A DNA stretch of 64,000 bases from Octopus sinensis (taxonomy: Eukaryota). The position numbers and the translations under genes were made by a program. The notes under the pieces were generated by a model, which did not search any database, had not been told where the DNA came from, and saw only the letters and a program-made list of their open reading frames with translations. The stretch is taken from assembly GCF_006345805.1 (NCBI RefSeq), contig NC_043002.1, forward strand, positions 14,198,001 to 14,262,000, written 5' to 3'. Below, one piece after another: positions 39,336-52,605 of the stretch; positions within the stretch are counted from its first letter, which is position 1; every line of letters starts with the position of its first letter.

Positions 39336-39728
39336 ATTAATGGTATGTTATTTTAGACGTTATGGTTAATGTTGCTGTTGAGCGATGCAGTCTTCATCAC
39401 AATAGTGGGAGAAGTTCGAAACGTGATCCTTTGCTATTCATAAGACCTGCAGAAAAGAAAGCAGGTCAACCCCCGACACCGAGAGCATCGACGGATGGAT
39501 AAATGCGCATCCAGTCTCTGTGGCTGCGTAGGAGGTCGGGGACAAGAAACGGGAAGAAAGAGTAAGAGAAAGTTGGGGCGAAAGAGTAAACCCCCCCCCC
39601 CGCCGGAGCCTCGTGGAGCTTTAGGTGTTTTCGCTCAATAAACACACACAACGCCCAGTCTGGGAATCGAAACCGCGATCCTCCGACCGCGAGTCCGCTG
39701 CCCTAACCACTGGGCCATTGCGCCTTCA
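39336..39728 (-). mobile_element. SINE family A with tail type 3, full length
   Basis: Same tRNA head as 3188-3569, different 3' 200 bp. Confidence 0.85.
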
Positions 39729-40479
39729 CTATGGTTGCTTTTTAAATTCAGGTGAAGCTGGCCAATCAGATATCGGATAAATGGCTTTCCAACTGTGACC
39801 ATTCGTTCTTTCACAAGCATTATTCAAATCAAACTGTATAATGTGTTGTGCTATTATTTATTCCAACAAAGGTATTTTAAATTAAAGATGACTGCAATAT
39901 CTAACGTGTCCATCAGCTCAGCCACTGGCAGGCGCTCTCATTGGCTCGATATAAATAAGATTTAAGCTGCTAAAGTTATTATAGAAATTCTTCAAGCCTT
40001 AAATGTTTATACTGCTGATCTCATCCAAAACGGAGTATGAAAACAAAAGAAAACTCATCAAGAACAAAAGCGAAATATATAAAAAAGGTATCCCACAATA
40101 AGAATTGTATATATTGTGTATTATGGATGATAATATGGAGTATGTTTCAGTTGCTGAAATTACGTTATTTAACAAAAAGAAATTTCCATTTAATAAAATA
40201 AAGTAAATGTATGCTGCTCTGATAAAGCTTTCAATTTCCAGAAAAATATTATTTTTTCTTTATAATAATAATTGCACATTTCGAAGAGAAACACTGACAA
40301 ATTTGTTTGTGTAAGCGTGACACTATTTTAAAAAAGACATCATTATCCAAATTTCAATAAATGAATATATATATAAGTGTGTGTGTGTGTGTTTGTGTGT
40401 GTGTTTGTGCGCTTGCATGTGTATGTGTGTCTGTAAGTAATATTATGAACAAACACACACACACAGATTAATATAAAAC

Positions 40480-40515
<36 letters not shown>

Positions 40516-41275
40516 ATGTATATATATATATATATGTATATAAATAGCTATACATTAAAACACATATATGCTGGAACATATAAATGTATGTATGTATAAA
40601 TGTATGCATGTATGTGTGTACATATACATATATATCTATATGTGTATATATATACATACATACATGCATACATTTATACATATATATCTATATATTATAT
40701 ATATATATATTATATATGTATGTGTGTGCGTGTGTGTATGTATATGCATATACACAAGTGTATATTTATATGTGTGAATATGTATTTACAAGGAGAGGGA
40801 GAGATAATATACATGTGTGTTTGTGCGTGTGTGTTTTAGTGAGTGTACGAGTGAGACTGCGTATGCACACGCACTCAAAAATGCGCATACATGTATACAC
40901 TGATATATAGTACACTTATATATACACAGTCTCATACAATATTAATATTCATATTATGTGAGCGATGCATTATATTGGTGCCATTGCTTCAATACAGTAT
41001 TTCATTTCTTCAAAGACTATACGGATTATATTTAAAAGAAACAGAAGGATAGAGATTATGGACAATGGCGACGCAGTACATTGAAATGTGGAGAGATGCG
41101 CGCCATGTATTTGCGTTTAAGTGCGTTTTTCTTACTGAATTTGAATAAATACAGAGTCGTAATAATGCCAGGGGCAGAGTTTAAGAATATGTGAATCAGA
41201 CAGCTACTGCTAAGCATGTGGAAGGAAGAGGGGATTCAGTATAGCTAGAGATAGGATTATGAGAGAGAATGAGAA

Positions 41276-41440
41276 GGCGCAGGAGTGGCTGTGTGGTAAG
41301 TAGCTTGCTTACCAACCACACGGTTCCGGGTTCAGTCCCACTGCGTGGCACCTTGGGCAAGTGTCTTCTACTATAGCCTCGGGCCGACCAAATCCTTGTG
41401 AGTGGATTTGGTAGACGGAAACTGAAAAAAGCCTGTCGTA

Positions 41441-41498
<58 letters not shown>

Positions 41499-41517
41499 AT
41501 CTATCTATATATATATA

Positions 41518-41556
<39 letters not shown>

Positions 41557-41808
41557 ATATTTATACGTATATATATATATATATATATAATATATATATA
41601 TATTGTGTGTGTGTTTGTCCCCCCAACGTCGCTTGACAACCGATGCTGGTGTGTTTACGTCCCCGTTACTTAGCGGTTCGGCAAAAGAGACCGATAGAAT
41701 AAGTACTTGGCTTACAAAGAATAAGTCCTGGGGTCGATTTGCTCGAATAAAAGGCGGTGCTAGAGCATGGCCACAGTCAAATGACTGAAACAAGTAAAAG
41801 AGTAAAGA
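41276..41808 (+). mobile_element. SINE family B with expanded internal (TATC)n/(TA)n
   Basis: Head AGGCGCAGGAGTGGCTG and tail GGCGGTGCTAGAGCATGGCC. Confidence 0.9.
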
Positions 41809-42267
41809 GAGGGAGAACGAGGGAGAAAGAGAGGAAATGATGCCAGTTGAGTTAAGCTTTAGCATTTGGATATAATAGAAGAATTCGTGGAATCTTGAAC
41901 CCCCATCACTTATATTTGAATCCGATGAGTTTTCACAAGTGTTTATGTCATAATTTATGTTGGAAAGATTTTAGAATATGCGATGAGTCCAAATGAATCT
42001 GTTTGTGATTCTGGTGATGTGGTTGAAAATAATGTGATAAAATGTCTACGGCTTACTATTTAAAATCTCATTCATATTCAATTTAATTTAATTTAATTTA
42101 AATTTATTCCTGTTACTAATGAATAATGTTAAATATTCTGAACTATAATGAAAAAAACTTTAGGACTTTCAGCCACATGTTAGTTTAGTTTGCAGCGTAT
42201 TGTTAAAATTAAAGGGTCCATTGTTATTTTGTTTCTCAAAATTCCGTGGGCTTATACTGACATTATG

Positions 42268-42581
42268 TGAAGGTGCTTGGCCGAGTGTTTAGTGAGCGTT
42301 AGGCTCACATAAGATTCTTGTATAGCACTGTGTGCTGTGTTTTTGAGCAAGACACCTTATTTCACGCTGCTCCAGTTTACACTGTTGTAGAAAAGGGTTG
42401 CGACGTCATTGGAACCAAGCTGTATCGGCCATTGCATTTATCTTGGATAACAATGGAGGTGTGGTGAGGGTGAGGATGGTATGCTTAGACAACTGTTGGT
42501 CTTTCATAAACAACCTTGTGCCTCGGAGGGTAACTTTCTAGGTGCATTCTCTTGGCTATTAATGACCAAAAGGGTTATCTC
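42268..42581 (+). mobile_element. SINE family E, diverged
   Basis: tRNA-like head then TTGAGCAAGACACCTTATTTCACGCTGCTCCAG domain. Confidence 0.6.
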
Positions 42582-43037
42582 CTTTTTTATTGAGAATACT
42601 TCTGTTTGACGAACTTCAATACACATCAGAAAATAATTTGTCTATCAGTTTTTATTGGAACATAAGTGCGTGCTTAGTTACCAATGACTGATGTCATGTA
42701 TTTCAGTGAGAAGGGGAATTACGATGAAACAACTTACGCGAGGAGTAACTTGCAAATCGGAGAGTATCTTCAAATTCTAAAGGAACAAATGTTGTTAATT
42801 TAATTCAAATTCAACAGGAATAACTTCTCGACTCATTACTTACTGATTGACAGATTGAAACGGGTTCGTTAGCTTATCCCACCACTTGCCCACCTGAAGA
42901 GGAGGAGTAAACCAGATCCCGAATGATGTAAATAGTCTCACTTCCAGAGACCCGCGACCCTATACGATATCATGGGCGAGACTTATATGGTTTTAAGCTG
43001 CAGCCCACCCACACTTTTTTTGTTAATATTGGCTCAA

Positions 43038-43259
43038 GGCGGCGAGCTGGTAGAACCGTTAGCATGTCAGCGAAATGCGTAGCCGTATTTCGTCTGCCGC
43101 TACGTTCGGAGTTCGAATTATCCGAGGTCGACTTTGCCTTTCATCCTTTCGGGGTCGATTAAATAAGTACCAGTTACGCGGTGGGGTCGATATAATCGAC
43201 TCAATCCCTTTGCTTGTCCTCTCTATGTTTAGCCCCTCGTGGGCAATAAAGAAACAAAA
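43038..43259 (+). mobile_element. SINE family C
   Basis: TSD AATATTGGCTCAA at 43025-43037 and 43260-43272. Confidence 0.9.
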
Positions 43260-43785
43260 AATATTGGCTCAAGTTAAGATTCAAGACTGCACCTATCACT
43301 GAAATTACCTTCAGGCGTTCATCGCTCTCTACCAGTCTTGTAATGCAGTCGGTAAAGTAAAATCTAGATTCGTGGGTAAATGGACGAGTTTCTCGGAAAA
43401 CTCTTAGTCTCGACGTGGAGATTATATATTCTGAAATTGTTTGGGGCTGCAAACTGCTACTGGTAAGTTCCCGAAATTACTGGTCTGACAGTGCTTACAA
43501 GGGTCACAATGGATAAGGATTCGGGATAATCTGTAATGATTCGGTGGTGCCACCAAGCGAGAAGGAATCTATGAACAATGCGTGCTGAGCGACATGACAA
43601 GTGGAATTTTGTCTTGCTGCTGCTTTGATGTCGAGGATGACTCCAGCTATTGACTGAGACCATTGAGAGACTCGACATATGTCATTGATATTCGTCTTTA
43701 TATCAAGGTCGAAAGTAAATGTTTGCTAATTTGATCATTATGTATCAGCGTTAAATGTTGCATATTCGCATTCATTATATATATA

Positions 43786-43990
43786 TTACGGAGATGTACT
43801 CGCATAGCAAGTGACCTGATCTGAGATCGTGTGCTGGAACGGAAATATTTGCAGCGTGGATAGTGTTTATAAGCCTTTTAAAAGCATCAAAAACCGTTAG
43901 ATTCTTTCAGCAGTTAAATTCATTTACCAAAATATTTTCGTCGCTTTCAGACCGCGACCTGTTCACTGACAAAATTCTGAGCTGGATATA
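43786..43990 (-). mobile_element. Second copy of the 700-1021 Penelope-like fragment
   Basis: TTACGGAGATGTACTCGCATAGCAAGTGACCTGATCTGAGATCGTGTGCTGGAAC matches 700-760; runs into the assembly gap. Confidence 0.7.
43923..43974 (-). ncRNA. Minimal type I hammerhead-like fold, G3-C8 variant
   Basis: Minus: TTTTGTCA GTGAACA G GTCGC ggtctgaaa GCGAC GAAA ATATT T TGGTAAA; 7-bp stem I (two G.U), perfect 5-bp stem II. Confidence 0.6.
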
Positions 43991-43992
43991 TT

Positions 43993-44092
43993 NNNNNNNN
44001 NNNNNNNNNNNNNNNNNNNNNNNNNNNNNNNNNNNNNNNNNNNNNNNNNNNNNNNNNNNNNNNNNNNNNNNNNNNNNNNNNNNNNNNNNNNN
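43993..44092. other. Assembly gap (100 N)
   Basis: Run of N. Confidence 1.
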
Positions 44093-44778
44093 CGCCAGGT
44101 GTCTCTGAACGTACAGGCACACGCAAAAATATGCCTGTAAGTGTACGTGCATGTGTTCATATATGTTTGCTTGATTGAATGAATGTGTCTGTGCATGATA
44201 AAAGTCGAAACAAAATTGCATTTTCATACAATCGGTTTCGCACTGAAAACGAGACACTTGTCAAATAGTGTAAATCCATGTATATCTACTTAGCAAATTA
44301 GAATAATACGCTTGTGTCTTTATTTTTATGAATACATCTATCAGCATGGATGTTCATTTAAATCGTATTCGTATAATATGCTTCAGTATATTAATATATA
44401 ACCTGCGTCGTTTTCGGAATTATCTAGAGTCGGACCAATTATTAAATCACGCCACCCACCAGGATTCTCCCGTCTTGCAGCATTCCAATTTACGGTTGTT
44501 CACTTATTTTGATTAATAGATTATTTCTACTTTCATCTGTGTTATCACGCTGTCTTTCCTGCCGACAGAGAACATCAATATAAATATATTACTAGTTCCA
44601 AATGAACCTAATGGGTTTTAGTGCGTCCTTCATACTTAACTTGTAGTTTCCTTCACAGGTAAATTGTAGCAGTAGGTGTTCAGCATGGACGTTTCTTGCA
44701 TAGTCAATGTACGAACGGGAATGAAAGATTGTATTAGAATTACTAAGCTATAATCTCTCGAATGACGGTGTTAGAATT

Positions 44779-45234
44779 CGGTTTGAACGGCAGTTTTCTC
44801 TTGCGCTGTCATAAGAAATTGTCACCCATAATTATGACCGTAGAATCAATCTATTGTATTTCAAACTGTTTTAGTTTTAGGGTTATTTAGGGTTAGTTAG
44901 GGTTAGAGTTAGGGTTAGGGTTAGTGTTAGGGTTAGGGGGTGGGGGAAGGGTATCTTTTTTCTTCACAAATGTAAATAAACCCAATCTGTTTCTTAAACG
45001 AGAGACATATTCATTCGGCACTGAATGTTTTTTTTACCTCAATAGATGTCATTGATTGGCTGAAATTGCAGAAATTGAAGAAAAAAACCATAAATATCTT
45101 ACAAACTATAGAATTTTCTCAATAAAGCCAAGGGAAAAAGATGTTTTATAAACATTCTGCCAGTATACGAAGTTTAAAAGTGTTTATTTACGTGGAAATT
45201 ATGTTAAAAACTGCCGTTCAAACCGAAAAGATCC
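44779..45234 (+). mobile_element. TIR MITE with internal (TTAGGG)n, copy 1
   Basis: Right TIR AAAACTGCCGTTCAAACCGAAAAGATCC, left TIR missing its first 9 nt or so; TTAGGG repeats at about 44877-44937. Confidence 0.8.
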
Positions 45235-45746
45235 TTATAATTCTAAATCTGCTGATTCATCGTAGAACATACTAGCATCAATTAAACAGAATCTGCTATC
45301 AGACTTTTTCTTGGAGACATTGCATATACATATGTAGTTAATTTGTTACACTTCGTCTGATTAATATAATTCTATCAAATATTAGGACAACATTTAGCAG
45401 GCTTGTGGAGGTGAATTTGTTGCTGTTAATGTTAGATTACTCGATACTAATACCTTTCGATATCTATGTTTTGTGTTGAAATCCTATCAATGCCGGCTTT
45501 ACCTTCGTTCTTTTAAGGGCCATGAAATAAATAAACTCCCGAATGTTAGAAATAAATATCACAGTTTTAATATAATTGTTGTTGCTATTTAGATATGGTT
45601 CAACACTCATGGTCAAGAAGAACCGTGATTAAAGAGAGTCCAGCTGTGTCCATTCGTGGCTGTTACTAAGTTATGGTTTGGGAACCATATTATCTATAGT
45701 AAACACTCTTCGTTTAAGATGATATGTAAATTAAAGGAGATTTATT

Positions 45747-46167
45747 GGATCTTTTCGGTTTGACCGGCAGTTTTTTAAAATAATTTCCACGTAACTAAAC
45801 TTCTTATAGTGGTAGAATGTGTTAATGAAACATCTTTTTCTCTTGGCTTTATTGAGAAAATTCTATAGTTTGTAAGATATTTGTTGCTTTTTCTTCAATT
45901 TCAGCAATTTCAACCAATCAATGACGTCTATTGAGGTGAAAACATTCTGTGCCGTATGAATATGTCCCTCGTTTATTTACATTTCTGAAGAAAAAAAGAT
46001 ACCCTTCCACCCACCCTTAACCCTAACCCTAACCCTAACTAACCCTAACTCTAACCCTAACCCTAACACAGATTGAAATGCAATAGATCGATACTAGGGT
46101 CATAGTTATGGGTGACAATTTCATATGACACCGCTAGAAAAAACTGCCGGTCAAACCGAAAAGATCC
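45747..46167 (-). mobile_element. TIR MITE with internal (TTAGGG)n, copy 2 (Merlin-like)
   Basis: Perfect 30-bp TIR GGATCTTTTCGGTTTGACCGGCAGTTTTTT; 8-bp TSD GATTTATT at 45739-45746 and 46168-46175; CCCTAA repeats at about 46016-46067. Confidence 0.85.
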
Positions 46168-47199
46168 GATTTATTTTATATTTGTCGTAGATTTACCGAC
46201 TACACAGACACTCCCTGATTCTCTCAGTTTACTCCACTTATTTACTATGTATCTTGATGTTCTCGCGTTCAAATCTCGTCAGTGTATGCTTTGTATTCTC
46301 CGTCGGAAAAAGTACGAATTAACTATGTTAGAATCGACATCGCTATTTTTTCTCTTTTCACTTTTGATCTGGCTACAATATAAAATGTTATCTTTAGAAT
46401 AAAGGAATATATATGTTGCACGCATAATCAATAAATCTATCTATTAGAAGGAAATGAATAATTCATGGACGCAATTAACCGCATTTTCTCAGATCCACTC
46501 TAGAACGTAATATGAAAGGCAAAATGCGATGCTGCTCATGTAATCTCCTTCCTGTTTCCAGGCAGAGATTTATTGTTTCTTGTCCTGGCTTGGTTTATTG
46601 CTGCGCATGCTCAATATGACACTTGTTAAATGATCTTTTATAGATTAATATCAAAACAGTAATTTTTAGGAGGACGATTTTGATGGCATTCAGGTTTTGA
46701 TGGAAAACTACTAGACAATCTCCATCGTTGCAACGTTATAAACTTGGAAATATAATACTCGGAATAAATTGCGATGCAATTTGCTAGATTACTTTTGGGG
46801 AGGCGGGTATTTCTATTATAGAGAAAGATTTAGTGGAGCTGAACGTCAATGAAACATGAACTGTGGTGGGTTTTTATGATCTGGTGTATCAAGATGTTTT
46901 CATGCCTTCCGGATGTTCCTGCGTTGACCTTTGTTAATGGCGTTAGTAATAAACAATAACGACATGTGTTAGACATGCACTAAAGAGAGAAAGAGAAGCT
47001 ATAAATACCGGAGAGGAGAATCACGACATAAATGCCCCGGTTTCCATAGAAAGTCTGAGGAAAGATTCCAATGAATCAACCGAGCATCTCTTCCACTGAA
47101 TTTTTTAATTCTGTGTGTGTGTGTGAGTGTGTGTTGTAGTAGCGATATAAGGACGGATGCATGGCTTATTTATATCACTTGCAGAGCTTGCTGTTGCTA

Positions 47200-47220
47200 C
47201 CGCTGCTGCTGCTGCTGCTG

Positions 47221-47274
<54 letters not shown>

Positions 47275-47605
47275 ATACTGCCTGCTACTACGACTACTAC
47301 AACTGCTGCTGCGACTACTAATACTGCCTGCTACTATTATTACGACTACTACTACTGCTACTACTACTACTACTACTGTTGCTGCTGCTACTACTACCAC
47401 TACTACTACTATACTACTGATACTACTATACTACTGCTGTTGCTACTGCTACTACTGCTGCTGCCGCTATTACTACTACTACTATACTACTGCTGCTGCG
47501 GCTACTACTACTACTAAGCTATTGCTACTACTACCAATGCTACTACAACTACCACTACTGCTGCTACTACTACTACTACTACTACTTGTACTACTGCTGC
47601 TGCTA
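47200..47605. repeat. (CTA)n/(CTG)n trinucleotide tract
   Basis: Direct observation. Confidence 0.95.
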
Positions 47606-47639
47606 CATATCCTCTTGCTCCTCTTTATCATCTGATTTT

Positions 47640-48170
47640 AAAATAATGGGCAATGTGTTAGCGAAAATGCTGGGGGCGGCTTATCCTTGATGGCTTCATA
47701 CGGGATGTGTAAACACATGCCATCCCGGAGAGCTTTATCCTCTACAAACATGTGATACATCATAGGATGGATGAGTTAAGAGCATGCCAAGGGTAGAGTC
47801 TTGATAAATCTAGATCAATCAGAAGCTTTCGATAGGATCGATCGTTACTATTTGGTGGCTATCCCTACGGTAAGTTGATCCATGCAATCTAGCAGCGCCT
47901 TTGATTACTGGCAAGCCGGCCAGATAAATTGCCTGCGGTTTGGTTTGGTACGGACGACCAGATTGACAAGAACTGGGGCGAGGTGACAAGGGGGTGACCA
48001 AATTCGCTCAGATAAACTCTGAGAAGCTTTTTCTCAAAAGTCGAATGAAAGTGGGGAACGCTTGACCATCGTACCCTGCTCTCTTTTACGTCTGATGGAA
48101 ATGGAGAGTCTACAATCCTGCTTACGTTGAAGAGCCATGTTCTACTCGCCATGTGTTCCATTTATTTTCA
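47640..48170 (+). pseudogene. Decayed L1/Tx1-like RT fragment
   Basis: From 47801: LINLDQSEAFDRIDRYYLVAIL, similar to the Tx1-type LDQEKAFDRVDH motif. Confidence 0.55.
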
Positions 48171-48816
48171 TCACCCGCTGAGCAGAGGAGTATATATATA
48201 TATCAAAATAATTAAGATTCAGTTGAATTAGGTACTTAAGATGAGGCACCAAGTCAGTCCGGTATTATTCGCACAGCTCGAAGATGAATAAAAAGCAAAT
48301 AAGTAACAATAATGTCAAGGTCTTAGGGCATTCCGGTCGTTTCTGCCAGTGCGCCGCCTTTGCACAAGAAATATGTGACAATTCTTTGAAAATTTATTAC
48401 CACAGTAATGGGTTTCGCTTCTCCACTTATGTTTATTCAAATCCCATCATGACTTTATCTGTGCTTGTCATAATCGAAGGATCGATAATTCAACTGTCAC
48501 TAGTATATGACTGTTGATGTAATTTACTATATTTTTCTCTTTCGGAAAATGTCCATCTGTCCAGTACAGAAATTTTACTTTCAAAACTTCATAAAAAAGT
48601 TTGAGTACTCTTTTTGACAATGTTTCGAGAAGCCCAGCTGTCATCTATTTACTTTACTAGAAATGATTGATGTTGTTGCTATAGTCCCTGTCTTCTATAC
48701 GTCACTCAAGTCTCTGCCTTGACTAATGCTCGATGATACGATATTATTTTTCTCATTTGCATCCATCGCAAGTTTCTACGAATGTTTAATGTTCATGTAT
48801 ATACTATATACTATAT

Positions 48817-49217
48817 GTGGAGGCGAAATGGCGCAGTGTTTAGGGCAGCGGACTCACGGTCGTAGGATCGCGGATTCGATTTTCAAACCGGGCGTTGTGA
48901 GTGTTTATTGAGTGAAAACACCTAAAGCTCAACGAGGCTCCAGCAGAGGATGATGAACAATCCAGTTGTACTCTTTCCCCACAGCTTCCTCTCACTCTTT
49001 CTTCCTGTTTCTGTTGTACCTGTATTTCAAAGGGCCAGCTTTGTCACACTTTGTGTCACGCTGAATCTCCCCGAGAACAATGTTAATTTAAGGGGTACAC
49101 GTGTCTTTGGAGTTCTCAGCCACTTGCACATTAATTTCACGAGCAGGCTGTTCTGTTGATTGGATCACATGCAGCCATCGTCATCGTAATCGACGGAGTG
49201 CCATAAAAGAAAAATAA
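48817..49217 (+). mobile_element. SINE family A, tail type 1
   Basis: Matches 3188-3569; TSD ATACTATAT at 48808-48816 and 49218-49226. Confidence 0.88.
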
Positions 49218-51167
49218 ATACTATATAGCACATATACATACATACAACCATGCATATATTCACACACACACACACAACACACACACACACACACACGTCT
49301 AGATAGATATGCAAGACTGGTGTAGCATAATATTTTGACAAGTATTGTCTTCATTAATTGTACTTAAACTTGGAGTTTCAGTATGTTTACTATAATTCAA
49401 TCTATTTAACATTATTAACGCCATCGGTTAGTTTTATTTATTTCTCTCATTAAGACTTCTTCAACCTAATTCCATATTGTCAAGATAATTATCCTATTTG
49501 GCAACAAACCCCGTATAATTATCGCATCTTGGGAATAACCACATAATTTGTATTGCATTAGTGATATGTAATATCTCTGTAAATGTGTGATATAAATGTT
49601 GTCGAGTATCCGTGAAGAGAATATACTATTAAGATAAGGGGATATTTATATTAATCTAAATTATTAATTTATCATAATCTACTTAATTTACAATTAAGTG
49701 TTTAATTGTTATGAAATGCACCAACTTCTCACTTCTAATTTCTCTTTGCGTACTTAGGGGATATAATGTCAGAAGGTCTGCTTCAATAAAATCATAACCT
49801 CTAATAGTGTGAACTTAAATTGTTCTCTTGACGATGTTTAATTAATGCAATGTAGATGTTATCTTTCTGTTTTATTAACGCTATCATATTTGTCTTTGCA
49901 TTTTCGTATGTTACAATATCTGGTTATTCTTTTACTTTAACTATGTTGATACAACCCCACTGAGACGGCTATTACTTCTACGATAGAATCTTTCTGTTTT
50001 AAAAGCTTTCTTATGTATAGTCTTCCATCAAAAAGTTCATGTTCATTTATATTCCAAATACCAGATCAATAACAACAATGCTATTTTCCTAAATTCATCA
50101 TCATTTAAAAAATAATTTCAACAAAAGTCGTGTATTTCAACAGGAACATTTTATTAGAACAGTTTTAATTCATCTAGTTTTATTAAAAATCTAACTGATA
50201 ATTAGATCTAATAAAAGTATAAAAAATAATTGGTTGAGGTTTTGATGAGTTTTTCAAATGCATTTGCTTGCAAAGCTGCAACACAATTCGATTTCCTGTC
50301 GATGGATTAGCGGCAGTTGAATGTTTCCTTCCAAATTTATATCATATTCATTGAATTCACACCCTAAAAAATACTAGCTCAATACAGATTCGATAATTTA
50401 AATATTTTCCTTTGAGATTAATTATTTTTATGTAGGAATTATGTTAATGTACTATAGTAATTGGTGTGGGCTCGTGTTGTAGTATTGAGAATCTTGCACT
50501 TACGATCGCCATATCATGGGTTCGATTCTCGGATAGATTTGCAAGTTCTCTTCTTAAGCAAAATACTATATTTCAAGTTACTCTTTGGGTGGAAGAGTAA
50601 CAAAATTGTTTCTACGTTGACAGAAGTGTTTTACGGTGTATCTTCCAGGTCTCTACATTATGTGTTCAAATACCGCCTACCAGAAGAAGTCAGCCCCAGT
50701 AATCATTTCATGTTTAGTCATGGTGGCCAAAATTTCCGTAACGTACTTAGCTGCGACAGAAGAGGGTACGGACCCTCCGACATCGTACAGAGAGTGTTGA
50801 AGAAATTTCACAATCACAGGACATGGCCAACGGCAGACGACAACAAGATTAGACGATTATATCTGCCCACATGTTTAACGACACCTATTGTTATTACGAT
50901 TGCTGTTTGATTTATAGTTTCTTTCGTTATCATTTCACTCGGGAAACACACACATGGGAAATACCCAAACCGTCACCACGGTAAAGGCCAACATGAGGAG
51001 ACGGTTACCTATATGACAATATGTTTAAGATAAATAAATCCACAAGCTCGCAGATGTCAGCACTATGTTCGTCACTATGCAACTTTTTTTACCCATGCTA
51101 ATCCTTTACTAAACAATAGCGTTTTCCTCGAATGCCTGATAAAATCTTGGTCAATAGGATCAGTATC

Positions 51168-51402
51168 TGTTTCTTTATTACCCACAAGGGGCTAAACATA
51201 GAGGGGACAAACAAGGACAGACAAAGGGATTCAGTCGATTACATCGACTCCAGTGCGTAACTGGTACTTAATTTATCGACCCCGAAAGGATGAAATGCAA
51301 AGTCGACCTCGGCGGAATTTGAACTCAGAACGTAACGGCAGACGAAATACGGCTACGCATTTCGCCCGGCGCGCTAACGTTTCTGCCAGTTCGCCGCCTT
51401 TT
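51168..51402 (-). mobile_element. SINE family C
   Basis: Full-length copy; imperfect TSD AATAGG(AT/GC)CAGTATC. Confidence 0.9.
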
Positions 51403-52020
51403 AATAGGGCCAGTATCATCATATGATTTAGCAAGTTCGATAGTTTTATCACATAACCTCTTTCGGACATTGAGACCAAAGTGAAGCTACTAAGTTGGCC
51501 AGCTACGTACGGACTTTGAGAGATAACGAAACACTGCATGTGATTAAATGGAAAGTTATTGAGAAATCCATGCCTTACGTGAATGGATCGAATAAATGCA
51601 GACTCTGGCTGAAAGAGCGCGGATCCTATTCAGATCTAAGATCCCTCACTCTCTATTGATACAAACTTATGCATAAATATATTTTGAAGAATCGGAAAAT
51701 TCTGCCTATTCCCGACTGACTTCATATCTTTTCAGCTTTATCTTTTAAAGTCTAAGGAAGAATGCTCTTTTACCTTTTTACTTTTTATATTTTACATTTC
51801 CGTTTTCTGCTGTTTACTGTCTGCGTTTCCTATATACTGCTTTCTCAGTTTCTTTTTTTGTGTTTCTTCTATTATTCAATTTATTTAGATCGTTATGATA
51901 TGTGGTTTTCGCCTAAGGGATATGTCTGAGTTTTCCCAACATATTAGTACCGTTTTTAAAACATGTATTGGGTCCGTTAAATAAATGAAATATATAGATT
52001 AAATAAATACATAAATATTC
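51403..52020 (+). mobile_element. Penelope-like element 3' remnant (GIY-YIG endonuclease C-terminus plus 3' region)
   Basis: 51447-51620 reads YHITSFGH*DQSEATKLASYVRTLRDNETLHVIKWKVIEKSMPYVNGSNKCRLWLKER, like the PLE motif NH..SF...T.LS.YIW.LK...IKW.I...Y...K.C.LCL.EK. AATAAA motifs near 51980-52010. Confidence 0.75.
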
Positions 52021-52417
52021 ATTTCTACTCAAGGCACAAGGCCCGCAAGTTTGGGGGAGGGGCCAGTCATTCAGATCAATCCCAGTACGCAGCTGGTACT
52101 TAATTTATTAACCCGAAAGGATGAAAAGTAAAGTCGACCTCGGCGGAATTTGAATTCAGAACGTAGAGACAGACGAAATACCTATTTCTTTACTAACCAC
52201 AAGGGGAAAAAACACAGAGAGGACAAACAAGGACAGAAAAATGGATTCAGTCGATTATATCGACCTCAGTGCGTAACTGGTACTTATTTAATTGACCCCG
52301 AAAGGATGAAAGGCAAAGTCGACCTCGGCGGAATTTGAACTCAGAACGTAGCACCAGACAAAATACTGCCAAGCATTTCGCCCGGCGTGCTAACGGTTCT
52401 GCCAGCTCGCCGCCTGT
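52021..52417 (-). mobile_element. SINE family C dimer, second unit with a different tail
   Basis: Junction AAAGAAATA|GGTATTTCGTC on the minus strand; flanking ATAAATACATAA(A)TATT duplication. Confidence 0.85.
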
Positions 52418-52467
52418 ATAAATACATAATATTAAAGAAAGGAACATTATTAAATAATATATATATA

Positions 52468-52507
<40 letters not shown>

Positions 52508-52516
52508 TATAGATAT

Positions 52517-52585
<69 letters not shown>

Positions 52586-52605
52586 ATATATATATATAGA
52601 TACAG

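Noticed and set aside
42890-42945. CTGAAGA followed by GGA...TCC
   Set aside because: GAAA is replaced by GAAT and no stem I or stem III pairing is found.
44877-46067. TTAGGG/CCCTAA arrays as a telomere fusion site
   Set aside because: Both tracts are internal to copies of a TIR element with a TSD; they are short and degenerate.
46255-46300. Minus-strand CTGACGA
   Set aside because: Part of a diverged SINE C-like copy; no GAAA after the stem.
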